In this document: in pieces, positions 9,529 to 18,514 of the stretch | Layout of the letters: each line of letters begins with the position of its first letter | Position numbering within the stretch: the first letter of the stretch is position 1 | Source of the DNA: Methanothermobacter sp. | Lineage (GTDB): Archaea; Methanobacteriota; Methanobacteria; Methanobacteriales; Methanothermobacteraceae | Length of the DNA: 32,000 nucleotides | Reading direction: 5' to 3' | NCBI RefSeq assembly: GCF_049720995.1 | Contig: NZ_JBNASF010000001.1 | Span: forward strand, 89,401-121,400 | The notes under the pieces: generated by a model | What the model was told of the DNA's origin: nothing | Seen by the model: only the letters and a program-made list of their open reading frames with translations | Database searches by the model: none | Position numbers and translations under genes: made by a program

Positions 9529-10749
9529 TTGTACAGAATAGGTGAAGCACTCATAGGAAGCGGCAATGAGGTCGCCCATATAGATCTCATCATAGGTGAT
9601 AAGGAGGGAAACGCAGGGGCCGCATTTGCAAATGGCCTCACCAGCCTCTCCCTAGGTCACACACCGCTTCTATCGGTTATAAGGCCCAACCTCATGACAA
9701 AACCCGCAACTCTCATAGTACCCAAGGTCACGGTGAGCTGCCTTGAAGACGCCGATAAGATCTTTGGACCAGCCCAGACGGCAGTTGCCCGTGCAGTTGC
9801 CGATGCGGTTGAGGAGGGAATAATACCCCAAGAAAAGGTTGAGGACCTCGTGGTAATTGTCAGCGTATTCATACACCCCGAGGCAGAGGACTACCGCAAG
9901 ATATACCAGTACAACTACGGGGCAACCAAACTAGCCCTCAGAAGGGCCATGGAAAACTACCCATCAGCCAGGAAGGTCCTCAGTGAAAAGGACAGGGGAA
10001 GCCACCCCATCATGGGCTTCAGAGCAGTCAGACTCTGGAACCCCCCCTACCTGCAGGTTGCCCTTGACCTTGACAGCATGGAGGAGATGGAGGGGATCAT
10101 TGACGCCCTCCCCAACAGGGAGAGGATACTCCTCGAGGCCGGGACACCCCTTGTCAAGAAATTCGGTGTCGGTGTCGTAAGCAGGATAAGGGAGCTTCGA
10201 AGGGACGCGTTCATAATAGCTGACCTCAAAACCCTTGACGTTGGCAGGATAGAGGTTAAGATGGCCGCAGATGAAACGGCTGACGCAGTGGCCATATCAG
10301 GTCTTGGAACCGTTGAATCCATTGAAAAGGCCATCCACGAGGCCCAGAAACAGGGCATATACTCCATACTGGACATGATGAATGTTGAAAACTTCGTTGA
10401 TAAACTCAGAGGCCTCAGGTACAGGCCAGATATCGTCCTTCTCCACAGGAATGTGGACCTTGAGACCCTCAGGGCGGAGCGTGGAGAGGATACTGGCGAA
10501 ATGAGCGAATGGGGCAACATCAGGGAAATAAAGGATATACTTGGCCCCAGGGGCCTTGTGGCCGTTGCAGGCGGTATAACACCATCCAAGATGCAGGAGG
10601 CCCTTGATAGCGGAGCAGACATAATAGTCGTTGGAAGGTACATAATAGGCTCAAGGGATGTGAGGAGGGCCGCCGAGGACTTCCTGGAGCACATGCCCCA
10701 GGACCCAGACACCATGAGGCTGCCCCTTGACGAGGACGAGTCAATCTGA
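9529..10749 (+). CDS. fae-hps: Bifunctional formaldehyde-activating enzyme / 3-hexulose-6-phosphate synthase
   Basis: N-terminal Fae domain [48 protein letters not shown]; C-terminal Hps/OMPDC-like domain with [33 protein letters not shown] and '[27 protein letters not shown]'. TTG start. Confidence 0.92.
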   Translation: MYRIGEALIGSGNEVAHIDLIIGDKEGNAGAAFANGLTSLSLGHTPLLSVIRPNLMTKPATLIVPKVTVSCLEDADKIFGPAQTAVARAVADAVEEGIIPQEKVEDLVVIVSVFIHPEAEDYRKIYQYNYGATKLALRRAMENYPSARKVLSEKDRGSHPIMGFRAVRLWNPPYLQVALDLDSMEEMEGIIDALPNRERILLEAGTPLVKKFGVGVVSRIRELRRDAFIIADLKTLDVGRIEVKMAADETADAVAISGLGTVESIEKAIHEAQKQGIYSILDMMNVENFVDKLRGLRYRPDIVLLHRNVDLETLRAERGEDTGEMSEWGNIREIKDILGPRGLVAVAGGITPSKMQEALDSGADIIVVGRYIIGSRDVRRAAEDFLEHMPQDPDTMRLPLDEDESI

Positions 10750-10771
10750 TGCCCAAAGAGGGGGTTGCATT

Positions 10772-11356
10772 ATGATAGTGGGTATATGTGGAAGCCCCAG
10801 AAAACAGGCCACACATTACGTGCTTGAAAGGGCCCTTGAAACACTGGAGGATGATGGACTTGAAACCGGGTTCTTCACTGTGAGGGGTAAGAACATCTCA
10901 CCCTGCAGACACTGTGACTACTGCCTCAGGAATAAGGAGTGTGTGCTGAAGGACGACATGTACCCCCTCTACGACCTCCTGAGGAGGGCTAGGGGAATCA
11001 TAATTGCAACCCCTGTCTACAATGGTGGCGTCAGCGCCCAGGTAAAGGCTATGATGGACCGCTGCCGGGCGCTTGGTGCAGAGGACTATGACTCCCTAAG
11101 GGGAAAGGTGGGCATGGGTATAGCTGTTGGTGGTGACAGGTGCGGGGGGCAGGAACCTGCCCTCATGCAGATACACACCTTCTACATCCTCAACGGAGTA
11201 ATACCAGTAAGTGGGGGGTCCTTCGGAGCAAATCTGGGTGCGTGTCTCTGGTCAAGGGACACAGTCGAGGGCGTTAAGGAGGATTCCTACGGTTTTAAAA
11301 CCCTTGATAAAACCCTCAAAATGTTTAAAAAGTTTTTGAATTCCCAGACCCCATAA
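10772..11356 (+). CDS. Flavodoxin-like iron-sulfur flavoprotein / NADPH-dependent FMN reductase family
   Basis: From the internal ATG: MIVGICGSPRKQATHYVLERALETLEDDGLETGFFTVRGKNISPCRHCDYCLRNKECVLKDDM, with CxxCxxC..C region and 'TPVYNGGVSAQVKAMMDR'. Confidence 0.85.
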   Translation: MIVGICGSPRKQATHYVLERALETLEDDGLETGFFTVRGKNISPCRHCDYCLRNKECVLKDDMYPLYDLLRRARGIIIATPVYNGGVSAQVKAMMDRCRALGAEDYDSLRGKVGMGIAVGGDRCGGQEPALMQIHTFYILNGVIPVSGGSFGANLGACLWSRDTVEGVKEDSYGFKTLDKTLKMFKKFLNSQTP

Positions 11357-11431
11357 AATTTACTTATTTTATATGACCATGACCCAAAGGCTTATTTAAG
11401 GCACTGCCAGATCTATTTTTCCGGTGATTCA

Positions 11432-12988
11432 ATGGCGTCTTCAGGTACCTCCAAACTTCTAAAGGGCAGCTTTTTTATAATAATCGGCAACCTGCTTTTC
11501 AGGGTAGGTGGCTACATATACAGGGTTCTCATGACACGACTCCTCGGACCCGAGGGCTATGGACTCCTAGGACTGACACTCCCATTCCAGGGCATATTCC
11601 AGATACTGGCTGCCGGGGGTCTGCCACCGGCAATAGCCAAGTATGTGGCCCAGCACCGGGCCCTCAAGGAGAATGAAATGGCCAGACAGGTTGTTGTAAC
11701 CTCACTGAAGGTCATGATATTTCTTGGTCTGGCATTCTCCATGGTAATGTTCTTCACAGCCCCCTGGCTTGCAAATCAGTTCTTCCATAAACCAGCGGCC
11801 CAGTACCCCCTGCAGGCTGTTGCACTCATAACACCCTTCAGTGTTATAGTTGGGGCCTTCAGGGGCGCATTTCAGGGTATATACCGGATGGAGTACGTTG
11901 TGGTTACAAGGGCTGTTGAGCAGGTTTTCATGATAACCCTCGCAGTTGTCCTTGTGATGGCCGGTTTCTATGCAGCAGGGGCGGTTATGGGTACCGCTAT
12001 GGGTTTCCTTGCCTCTGCCATATCAGCGATCCTGATATTCAAAAGGCTGATGAACAGCTACTTCCCGCCTGCCCCCCCTGAAAAAAGGCTGACCATCAGG
12101 GAGGAGCTGGGGCTTGTGAAAGTGCTTCTCTCATTCTCCATCCCAGTCATAATCACCGCCCTCTCCGAGATGGCAATATATGATATAAGTGTGTTTGTGA
12201 TAGGGGTGTTCATGGCAACAACCTCTGTGGGATACTACACTGCTGCTGATCCCGTTGCAAGGCTCCCCCTTGTAATATCCCTTTCTGTGGCAACCGCTGT
12301 TCTTCCTGCGGCATCAGAGGCCTTCGCCCTCAAGGATAGAAGGCTCCTTGAAACCTACATTGTGCAGTCATACAGGGTCGTGACTCTCCTTGTGCTTCCC
12401 ATGTGTGTTGGCATAGCCGTCTTCTCAGAGCCCCTTCTTGAACTCCTCTTTGGGAGCAACTTCATCACAGGGGCAGGGGCCCTTAGCATACTGGTTGTTG
12501 GGATGAGCTTCTACACCCTCTTCATGATATCCTCAAGCATCGCCCAGGGCATAGGGTACCCCCGTCTTCCGATGTACGTGCTGGTTGCTGGAACTGTCAT
12601 AAACCTTGCGCTGAACGTTGTGCTCGTACCCTTACTTGGAATAGAGGGGGGGGCCCTTGCAACAACAATCGCTGCATTCATTATAATGACCATCATCCTC
12701 TGGAAGACCTCAGAGCTAACCGGTGTGAAGCCCCCGGGCCTCTCACTTCTCAGGATAGGTTTCGCATCAGGGGTTATGGGGGTTTTCATGCTGCTCCTTC
12801 CCCGGAGCATCATGGGTCTCCTTCTGGCAATGATCCTCAGTCCCCTGGTTTACGGTGCGAGCCTCCTCCTTGCAGGTGGTGTTGAGAAGAGGGATGTTAG
12901 GCTTGTGAGGAAGTCTGCATCAAGGATGGGCCCCCTCTCAGGAGCCATGAAGAGGGTGGCTGATCTTATGGACCGCTGGGCAAGGTGA
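11432..12988 (+). CDS. Oligosaccharide flippase / polysaccharide biosynthesis membrane protein (SpoVB/Wzx-like)
   Basis: 518 aa polytopic protein. N-term GSFFIIIGNLLFRVGGYIYRVLMTRLLGPEGYGLLGLTLPFQGIFQILAAGGLPPAIAKYV is typical of the family. Confidence 0.85.
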   Translation: MASSGTSKLLKGSFFIIIGNLLFRVGGYIYRVLMTRLLGPEGYGLLGLTLPFQGIFQILAAGGLPPAIAKYVAQHRALKENEMARQVVVTSLKVMIFLGLAFSMVMFFTAPWLANQFFHKPAAQYPLQAVALITPFSVIVGAFRGAFQGIYRMEYVVVTRAVEQVFMITLAVVLVMAGFYAAGAVMGTAMGFLASAISAILIFKRLMNSYFPPAPPEKRLTIREELGLVKVLLSFSIPVIITALSEMAIYDISVFVIGVFMATTSVGYYTAADPVARLPLVISLSVATAVLPAASEAFALKDRRLLETYIVQSYRVVTLLVLPMCVGIAVFSEPLLELLFGSNFITGAGALSILVVGMSFYTLFMISSSIAQGIGYPRLPMYVLVAGTVINLALNVVLVPLLGIEGGALATTIAAFIIMTIILWKTSELTGVKPPGLSLLRIGFASGVMGVFMLLLPRSIMGLLLAMILSPLVYGASLLLAGGVEKRDVRLVRKSASRMGPLSGAMKRVADLMDRWAR

Positions 12989-13028
12989 TTGCATAAGAAT
13001 ATAAAGAACAAGACCCATAGGTTCTATA

Positions 13029-13700
13029 ATGAGCTTCAGCTTCAGAATCGCCATTGACGGAACCGAAGTCCCTGTGGATGAGAGAAGGTTCAGACTTCTC
13101 AGGCTAATCCAGAGCAGGGGTTCAATAAGCAGAGCAGCAGAGGAGGCGGGTATCCCCTACCGCAGCGCCCTTGCATATATAAGGAACCTCGAGGAACTCC
13201 TGGGTGAAGAGGTTGTTGAAACCAGAAGGGGTGGAAAGGGGGGTGGTGGGGGTAGCAGACTCACAGAAACAGGCGTCAGGGTCGTTCTTGAGTATCTTAA
13301 ATTAAAGAGGGCCCTTGAAAGGCAGGTTTCCAGTAACGAAATCCAGGGAACTGTTGAGGAGATCTCAGGGGATGGTTCAAGAATAAGGGTGGGAAATCAC
13401 CTCCTGGAGGCACCAATGGTTGAGGGGTTATCCCCTGGAGATGAGGTTATACTCCTCGTTGACCCTGAGGATATTGTGCTCATGGGTGAAAGGTATGATA
13501 CCAGCATGAGGAACACGGTTCCCGGAACTGTTACAGGCCTTGAACTGGAGGGGGACATCGTGACTGTCAGGATCAATACAGGGGGCATTGAACTCAAAAC
13601 CCGCATAACACGTGAATCCCAGAGAAAACTGAATCTCAACCCTGGATCCGATGTATATGCAGGTTTTAAGGCTGTTGCTGTTACTGTTCTTAAGATATGA
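13029..13700 (+). CDS. ModE-like transcriptional regulator: LysR-type wHTH plus TOBE domain
   Basis: N-term 'FRLLRLIQSRGSISRAAEEAGIPYRSALAYIRNLEELLGEEVVETRRGGKGGGGGSRLTETG' matches the ModE N-terminal domain. C-term 'SMRNTVPGTVTGLELEGDIVTVRINTGGIELKTRITRES' resembles TOBE. Confidence 0.85.
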   Translation: MSFSFRIAIDGTEVPVDERRFRLLRLIQSRGSISRAAEEAGIPYRSALAYIRNLEELLGEEVVETRRGGKGGGGGSRLTETGVRVVLEYLKLKRALERQVSSNEIQGTVEEISGDGSRIRVGNHLLEAPMVEGLSPGDEVILLVDPEDIVLMGERYDTSMRNTVPGTVTGLELEGDIVTVRINTGGIELKTRITRESQRKLNLNPGSDVYAGFKAVAVTVLKI

Positions 13701-13718
13701 AGGGTTGGTGGTGATTTA

Positions 13719-13949
13719 ATGAAGATCATAGTGGATCCAGATAAATGTACCGGATGCTGTGAGTGCCGGGAGGCCTGTCCCAAGGGGGGCAAGATATGGA
13801 CCATAGGCAGGAGGAACCCTGCCCGGGCCTCAAATCTTGAATTCTGCCACCAGTGCATGATATGTGCAAGTAAATGTCCTGAAGGCGCCATAAGGATCAT
13901 AAGGGATGATAACTATGAGAAGAAGTCTGAAGACCAGGGAAACCCTTGA
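13719..13949 (+). CDS. 4Fe-4S dicluster ferredoxin-type protein
   Basis: 76 aa: PDKCTGCCECREACPKGG and CHQCMICASKCPEGAI, two 4Fe-4S motifs. Confidence 0.92.
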   Translation: MKIIVDPDKCTGCCECREACPKGGKIWTIGRRNPARASNLEFCHQCMICASKCPEGAIRIIRDDNYEKKSEDQGNP

Positions 13950-14490
13950 AACCCATGTTAAGGTTGATCTTAACCTTGATGGTAGTGGAAGGTCAAATGT
14001 GAATACAGGTCTTGGATTCCTTGACCACATGCTTGGATCACTAGCCCGTCACGGGCTCATGGACCTTGAGGTGGAGGCAAGGGGTGATCTGGAGGTGGAC
14101 GACCACCACACGGTTGAGGATGTTGCGCTGACACTGGGTGAGGCCCTCAGGGAGGCCCTTGGTGATGGGAAGGGTATAAGGAGGATGGCCCACGCCATGG
14201 TCCCCATGGATGAGTCCCTGGCCACCGTTGCACTGGACCTGGGTGGAAGACCTTACACCGTACTTGAACTTGAGTTCAGTGGTACCAGGATTGGGGATGT
14301 CTCATCGGATAATATAGGGCATTTCTTTGAGTCATTTGCGGCTTCTGCGGCCATTAACATCCACGCATCTGTGAGGGGAAGTAACGACCACCACAAGGCC
14401 GAGGCACTCTTCAAGGCACTTGCACTTGCACTGAGGGACGCTGTACACGTTGAACACGATATAATTCCAAGCACCAAGGGCAGATTGTAG
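13915..14490 (+). CDS. hisB: Imidazoleglycerol-phosphate dehydratase
   Basis: MRRSLKTRETLETHVKVDLNLDGSGRSNVNTGLGFLDHMLGSLARHGLMDLEVEARGDLEVDDHHTVEDVALTLGEAL..; 'GSNDHHKAEALFKALA'. Overlaps the ferredoxin gene. Confidence 0.97.
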   Translation: MRRSLKTRETLETHVKVDLNLDGSGRSNVNTGLGFLDHMLGSLARHGLMDLEVEARGDLEVDDHHTVEDVALTLGEALREALGDGKGIRRMAHAMVPMDESLATVALDLGGRPYTVLELEFSGTRIGDVSSDNIGHFFESFAASAAINIHASVRGSNDHHKAEALFKALALALRDAVHVEHDIIPSTKGRL

Positions 14491-14615
14491 AGACTCCACA
14501 GAGAATGTGTGGATGCCAACCTATCCTTAATTATAAAGCAGAGTATAATCCTGAAGCTGGGGCTGGCCTTCTATTCTGATCGGTACATATTTACAGAGAG
14601 TCATGCCCCGGCACC

Positions 14616-14703
14616 AATGATACGATGGAGTATACACCCAGAGGTACCCCGCGAAACCCTTCAACTGATCCCACCGGCAATGATACGATGGAGTATACAC
14701 CCA
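14616..14703. repeat. Two perfect 25-bp direct repeats separated by 38 bp
   Basis: AATGATACGATGGAGTATACACCCA at 14616..14640 and 14679..14703, in the convergent intergenic region between hisB and mtd. Confidence 0.9.
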
Positions 14704-14775
14704 CTCTGGAACCTGGTGACAGATGAGAATCAATTAAAAGCTCATTCATGAAGAAAAAATAAGGTGGTTGAAGAT

Positions 14776-15606
14776 CTATTCTGGCTTGGCCAGAAGATCC
14801 GTCTTGCTAAGTGTTTCGCCTTCCTTACCGTGTGGTGTTCTCAGCACGGTGTCATTGGCCTTTTCGATTTCCCTTGCTTCAACTGCAAGTCTGGCAGCTG
14901 CAGAGAGCATTTCGTGTGCTGAGGCAACGATTGGTATGTACTGGTCAGGGTCCTGTACCATGAAGCAGCCCCTGACGTCTATGTCAGCCACCTTGGTTGC
15001 TATCTCATATGCAGCCATTGCCTTGGCCCTTGCATATGGGTTGGTGTAGCCTGCTGCTTCAACTGCCTTATCTGTGTCTATTACAACCTGTGGAAGTTCA
15101 GGTGCCTTTCCGGCTTCAACATCCGCGATCATTGCATCAATTGTGTTCTGCACAACCCTGTATGCGCCTGTGAATGCAAGAACCTTTATAACGTCTGAGT
15201 TGAAGGATGCCATCTCTGTTGGGTCCAGGAACTCCCTTCTTGCCCCTATCATCGGGTCGGCTTTTACTATTATGTATCCAAGGCCCTGCTCCTCGATTTC
15301 ATCCTTGACCCTGAGGCCGGGTGCGTCACCTATAATCATGGCTGGGACATCAGCCGCTGATAGGAGCTCCCTTGCCTTTGCAGGGCCAGGTGCGCCAGGG
15401 TTTGGGCTTATGAATATAACAAAGTCCCTATCCATTTCAAGCATGGTTGGTACTGCCCTTTCGATTTCATCGGGGTTCATCTTTGCACCTGAACCCACGA
15501 CACAGACATCTATGTTGGGCCGGTCTGCCCTCTCATCAAGTAACAGGTCCAGCACAGGTGAGGTCCCGATGTTACCACATTTTATTATACCAATTTTTAC
15601 AACCAT
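14776..15606 (-). CDS. mtd: F420-dependent methylenetetrahydromethanopterin dehydrogenase
   Basis: 276 aa: VVKIGIIKCGNIGTSPVLDLLLDERADRPNIDVCVVGSGAKMNPDEIERAVP..VIFISPNPGAPGPAKARELL. Upstream TATAAAAG element and GGTGATC ribosome-binding site. Confidence 0.98.
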   Translation of the reverse strand: MVVKIGIIKCGNIGTSPVLDLLLDERADRPNIDVCVVGSGAKMNPDEIERAVPTMLEMDRDFVIFISPNPGAPGPAKARELLSAADVPAMIIGDAPGLRVKDEIEEQGLGYIIVKADPMIGARREFLDPTEMASFNSDVIKVLAFTGAYRVVQNTIDAMIADVEAGKAPELPQVVIDTDKAVEAAGYTNPYARAKAMAAYEIATKVADIDVRGCFMVQDPDQYIPIVASAHEMLSAAARLAVEAREIEKANDTVLRTPHGKEGETLSKTDLLAKPE

Positions 15607-15774
15607 TAGATCACCAGAATCTTATTATTTTGCACCTTATTAAGTATTTTATGATTTAAAGATTATGATTAAGCTTTTATACCAGTAGTATATTTTTTAT
15701 CCTTTCTGGGATCATCATGATTAAAATTTAAATTATAGTTAATATCTTAATCACTTAATTTAATATCGGATTTA

Positions 15775-16221
15775 TTAATCCTCCTCCCTTTCAACCACAA
15801 GAACGTTGCCTGTGAATATTTTTGAGAAGATCTCCCTCCTTATTCTGATCCTCCCCATGGCAGGGTCAGCCAGTGTGATGTTTCTATCATCAACCGATAG
15901 AACAACGGTGTAGTGTGCTGTGTCCCCATACCTTACAAATGCTATGTGGTTCCTCCTCAGATCCGATATTTCCATCCTGACTCCCCTTGCACTCAATCCC
16001 TTTGAGGTTGCTGCGAGTATCAGTCCATACATCGTGGTACCTGATTCGTCTGTACCTGCAAGCTCTGCAAGCTCGGTCTCGCTGCAGTGAACTCCAAGGT
16101 TTCTGAGAACCGTGGCAAGCGCAGCCGGGCCACAGCTGTAGCCGCTGCTCTGCCTCACTATAACCTCATCACCCAGAGACGATTTCATATCAAAAACCTC
16201 CATTTTAATACCAGTGTTCAT
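15775..16221 (-). CDS. Standalone C39-family peptidase-like protein
   Basis: 148 aa: 'VIVRQSSGYSCGPAALATVLRNLGVHCSETELAELAGTDESGTTMYGLILAATSKGLSARGVRM...HYTVVLSVDDRNITLADPAMG', with the Cys/His/Asp arrangement of peptidase C39-like domains. No ABC transporter domain. Confidence 0.8.
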   Translation of the reverse strand: MNTGIKMEVFDMKSSLGDEVIVRQSSGYSCGPAALATVLRNLGVHCSETELAELAGTDESGTTMYGLILAATSKGLSARGVRMEISDLRRNHIAFVRYGDTAHYTVVLSVDDRNITLADPAMGRIRIRREIFSKIFTGNVLVVEREED

Positions 16222-16282
16222 AATAAATTATGAATTGTTATTAATAAATGTATATGATTGAAGTGTCGCGGAGCAGAACCCC

Positions 16283-16399
16283 ATGAAATCAGGTGCACCA
16301 CAGTGCTTTGCTCCAGATGAAAAAGAGCTCAAACAAGAAGCTAAGAAATGGATTAACCATCGTCCAGAGTGGTGCTCCTGTGAAGAATTAAGGGGGTGA
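16283..16399 (+). CDS. Possible small Cys-containing protein (38 aa), unannotated micro-ORF
   Basis: ATG..TGA: MKSGAPQCFAPDEKELKQEAKKWINHRPEWCSCEELRG. Well-formed polar composition, located between divergent and convergent genes. No strong ribosome-binding site. Confidence 0.35.
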   Translation: MKSGAPQCFAPDEKELKQEAKKWINHRPEWCSCEELRG

Positions 16400-16412
16400 T
16401 GGTATCCATCAG

Positions 16413-17447
16413 CTACCTGAAGCCTTTTCGGGCATCCCAGATGCGCCTCATAGATCTCAATCCACCCCTGGGCCCGGCGATTTCATGGAAATCATCAATG
16501 AGCACCATCAATTTTTTGACGGCACGCTCAGCATCCTCCAAAATTCCAGAGGATTCAGGTGGTTTCACATCATCCACCACCTCTTCCAGGATGGCAGAGT
16601 CAACCACCGGTATTCCCACCTCACCTGCAAGGTCCACACTGGCATGTCTCTCATGGAAGCCCCGGAGCTTAATTGCTGGAACACCCAGCACCGCAGCCTC
16701 GATTGTGAGACCCATTCCTGCACCGTATATTACAAGGTCAGCGGAGGCCATGAGGGATGGCAGATCAACAAAACCCTCAAGGACCTCCGTCTTCTCTGAA
16801 CCTACGAGGCTCCTCACATAATGTGGACTGAAGCGGAAGGGTACCACGATGATGCGTCTTCCAAGGGATTCAACTCCGGATATGAGGTCAGGTATATCCC
16901 TCTTTCGCAGGTCACCTCCAAGGACCAGGAGGGTGTAATTCCCAATACCGGGGTCCTCAATCTGGAGGCGGCTCACATAGAGTGCATGGGGATAGCCCCC
17001 TATTACCTCAACATTCTCAAGGAGGTACTCATCCTCGAGGTAATCCCTGTAACGGGTGGAGGGTGCGGTTACAATGTCTGCAAATGCGATCATTTCAATG
17101 GGGTTGTATATGTCCTGTTCAACATGAAGGACCCCCTTCCCTCGAAGATATGATGCGGCGATGGCCTTCCTCACATCCCCTGCATTCCCGCATGTGAGCA
17201 CAAGATCCGGTTCTATCCTACCAAGGTGGCGCCAGGTGGTTGCAATATCCCTCAGAACAAGGTAAGCGATTTCCATCCTGCCTCCTGATCTGCTCCTGCT
17301 GGTTCCCATGGAATAGTATTCCTGACAGAGGTTCCCCAGGACCTCCCTCACCCCCACACCATGGCACAGGCAGTGGTATTCATGTTCAGATCCCTGCATC
17401 AGGGGATGAAAGGTCTTTGCAGGTGCAAGTTCAGCTGCAACTGCCAC
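16413..17447 (-). CDS. Glycosyltransferase-like protein (GT-B / MurG-like or DUF354-like fold)
   Basis: 344 aa: 'PDLVLTCGNAGDVRKAIAASYLRGKGVLHVEQDIYNPIEMIAFADIVTAPS' and C-terminal 'LPSLMASADLVIYGAGMGLTIEAAVLGVPAIKL', which resembles nucleotide-sugar binding sites. Confidence 0.6.
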   Translation of the reverse strand: MAVAAELAPAKTFHPLMQGSEHEYHCLCHGVGVREVLGNLCQEYYSMGTSRSRSGGRMEIAYLVLRDIATTWRHLGRIEPDLVLTCGNAGDVRKAIAASYLRGKGVLHVEQDIYNPIEMIAFADIVTAPSTRYRDYLEDEYLLENVEVIGGYPHALYVSRLQIEDPGIGNYTLLVLGGDLRKRDIPDLISGVESLGRRIIVVPFRFSPHYVRSLVGSEKTEVLEGFVDLPSLMASADLVIYGAGMGLTIEAAVLGVPAIKLRGFHERHASVDLAGEVGIPVVDSAILEEVVDDVKPPESSGILEDAERAVKKLMVLIDDFHEIAGPRGGLRSMRRIWDARKGFR

Positions 17448-18513
17448 TTTCAGGGTAACACCTCCAGAGGACGTACAGAATTGATATGAGAGAAATCATA
17501 TAGAATAACCAGACCACAAGGTCTGTTGGACCTGTTTCAATCCAGATTATCGTATGAGCCAGAATTATTGAGTAAAGACCTGTGAAGATACCATTCACTG
17601 CCATCTGAATCCTGTGAATGAATCCAAGAATCAGACCCAGCATGAACATCTGGATAAGCATTGCAGGAAGCCCGAAGTCCAGGAGAGGGGGTCCAAATAT
17701 GAGTGATGTTGTTGAGTGCCTGTAGCCGAGCACCGCCTCACCGACGATTGCCCGTGGATCGGTTGAGTGCAGATATCCTGTCAGGGTATAATAGAGGAGT
17801 TTACCGCCGGTTGCCCCCTGGTGTTCCAGAAGTCTGTCAAATACCATGAGGGTGTATCCTGCCCTGTAGAGGAGAAGTTCCAGTGGATTGAGGGTCCATG
17901 TCTGCCATTCGATTGATTTAACAGCAATGTAACCAACCGCTACTGTCACAATGGCCAGAGCTGAGATTAGAAGGCCTATCTCACGGGGGGATGGCCTCGC
18001 AGAGTAGTAGATGGTTATGATGCCGCTCAGCAGTATAACAACAACTGTTGTCCTGTACCCTGTGAGGGCGAAGAGTGTGGCGCCAAGTACAAGTGGAATA
18101 CAGTGCATCCTCCTGGGATAAGCTGCAAGAAGCATATTAACCGAGGGGAGGAATATGATGTATGAGAGAAGCCATATCTTCGTAACCGCCCTTGCCTTGA
18201 GGTGACCGCTTAGGAGTGGAATTCCCCCAAGCAGATAGAGGTTCAGTACCTGTAGGAGGATTCCTGTGGTGACAAGAAGGATCAGGAGCGTTTCACGGGG
18301 ATTCGCTGGACTAAAAGGTTTTTCTGTTCGTATCATTCCAGATATGTGTGCTCCAAGGATGAATATACCTGCACCCAGGGCTATATAGAGAATTGAATCT
18401 CCTGATGGAAATTTAAGGCCCCTGATGCCCATCAGTGTCCCTGAAAGGGCAAGTACAAGGTATATGAGTAGTGCTATAATGACAGAATAGGGGGAGAATA
18501 TATCAAACCTCAT
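17431..18513 (-). CDS. Polytopic membrane protein, probable oligosaccharide repeat-unit polymerase (Wzy-like)
   Basis: From the internal Met MRFDIFSPYSVIIALLIYLVLALSG: about 10 hydrophobic segments, 'ALTGYRTTVVVILLSGIITIYY' and 'VGEAVLGYRHSTTSLIFGPPLLDFGLPAML'. Overlaps the downstream glycosyltransferase-like gene. Confidence 0.6.
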   Translation of the reverse strand: MRFDIFSPYSVIIALLIYLVLALSGTLMGIRGLKFPSGDSILYIALGAGIFILGAHISGMIRTEKPFSPANPRETLLILLVTTGILLQVLNLYLLGGIPLLSGHLKARAVTKIWLLSYIIFLPSVNMLLAAYPRRMHCIPLVLGATLFALTGYRTTVVVILLSGIITIYYSARPSPREIGLLISALAIVTVAVGYIAVKSIEWQTWTLNPLELLLYRAGYTLMVFDRLLEHQGATGGKLLYYTLTGYLHSTDPRAIVGEAVLGYRHSTTSLIFGPPLLDFGLPAMLIQMFMLGLILGFIHRIQMAVNGIFTGLYSIILAHTIIWIETGPTDLVVWLFYMISLISILYVLWRCYPESGSCS

Positions 18514-18514
18514 C

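Noticed and set aside
9530-9535. TGTACA hexamer overlapping the fae-hps TTG start codon
   Set aside because: Single copy, within the start of a coding sequence and without a TATA box in the right place. Likely coincidental, unlike the phased pair at trpB2.
13397-13900. Minus-strand 167-aa ORF opposite the ModE-like and ferredoxin genes
   Set aside because: Antisense to two genes with clear motifs. The translation has no recognisable domain.
14616-14703. Interpreting the two 25-bp repeats as a CRISPR array
   Set aside because: Only two copies, not of the form of known Methanothermobacter CRISPR repeats as I recall them, and no cas genes in the window.
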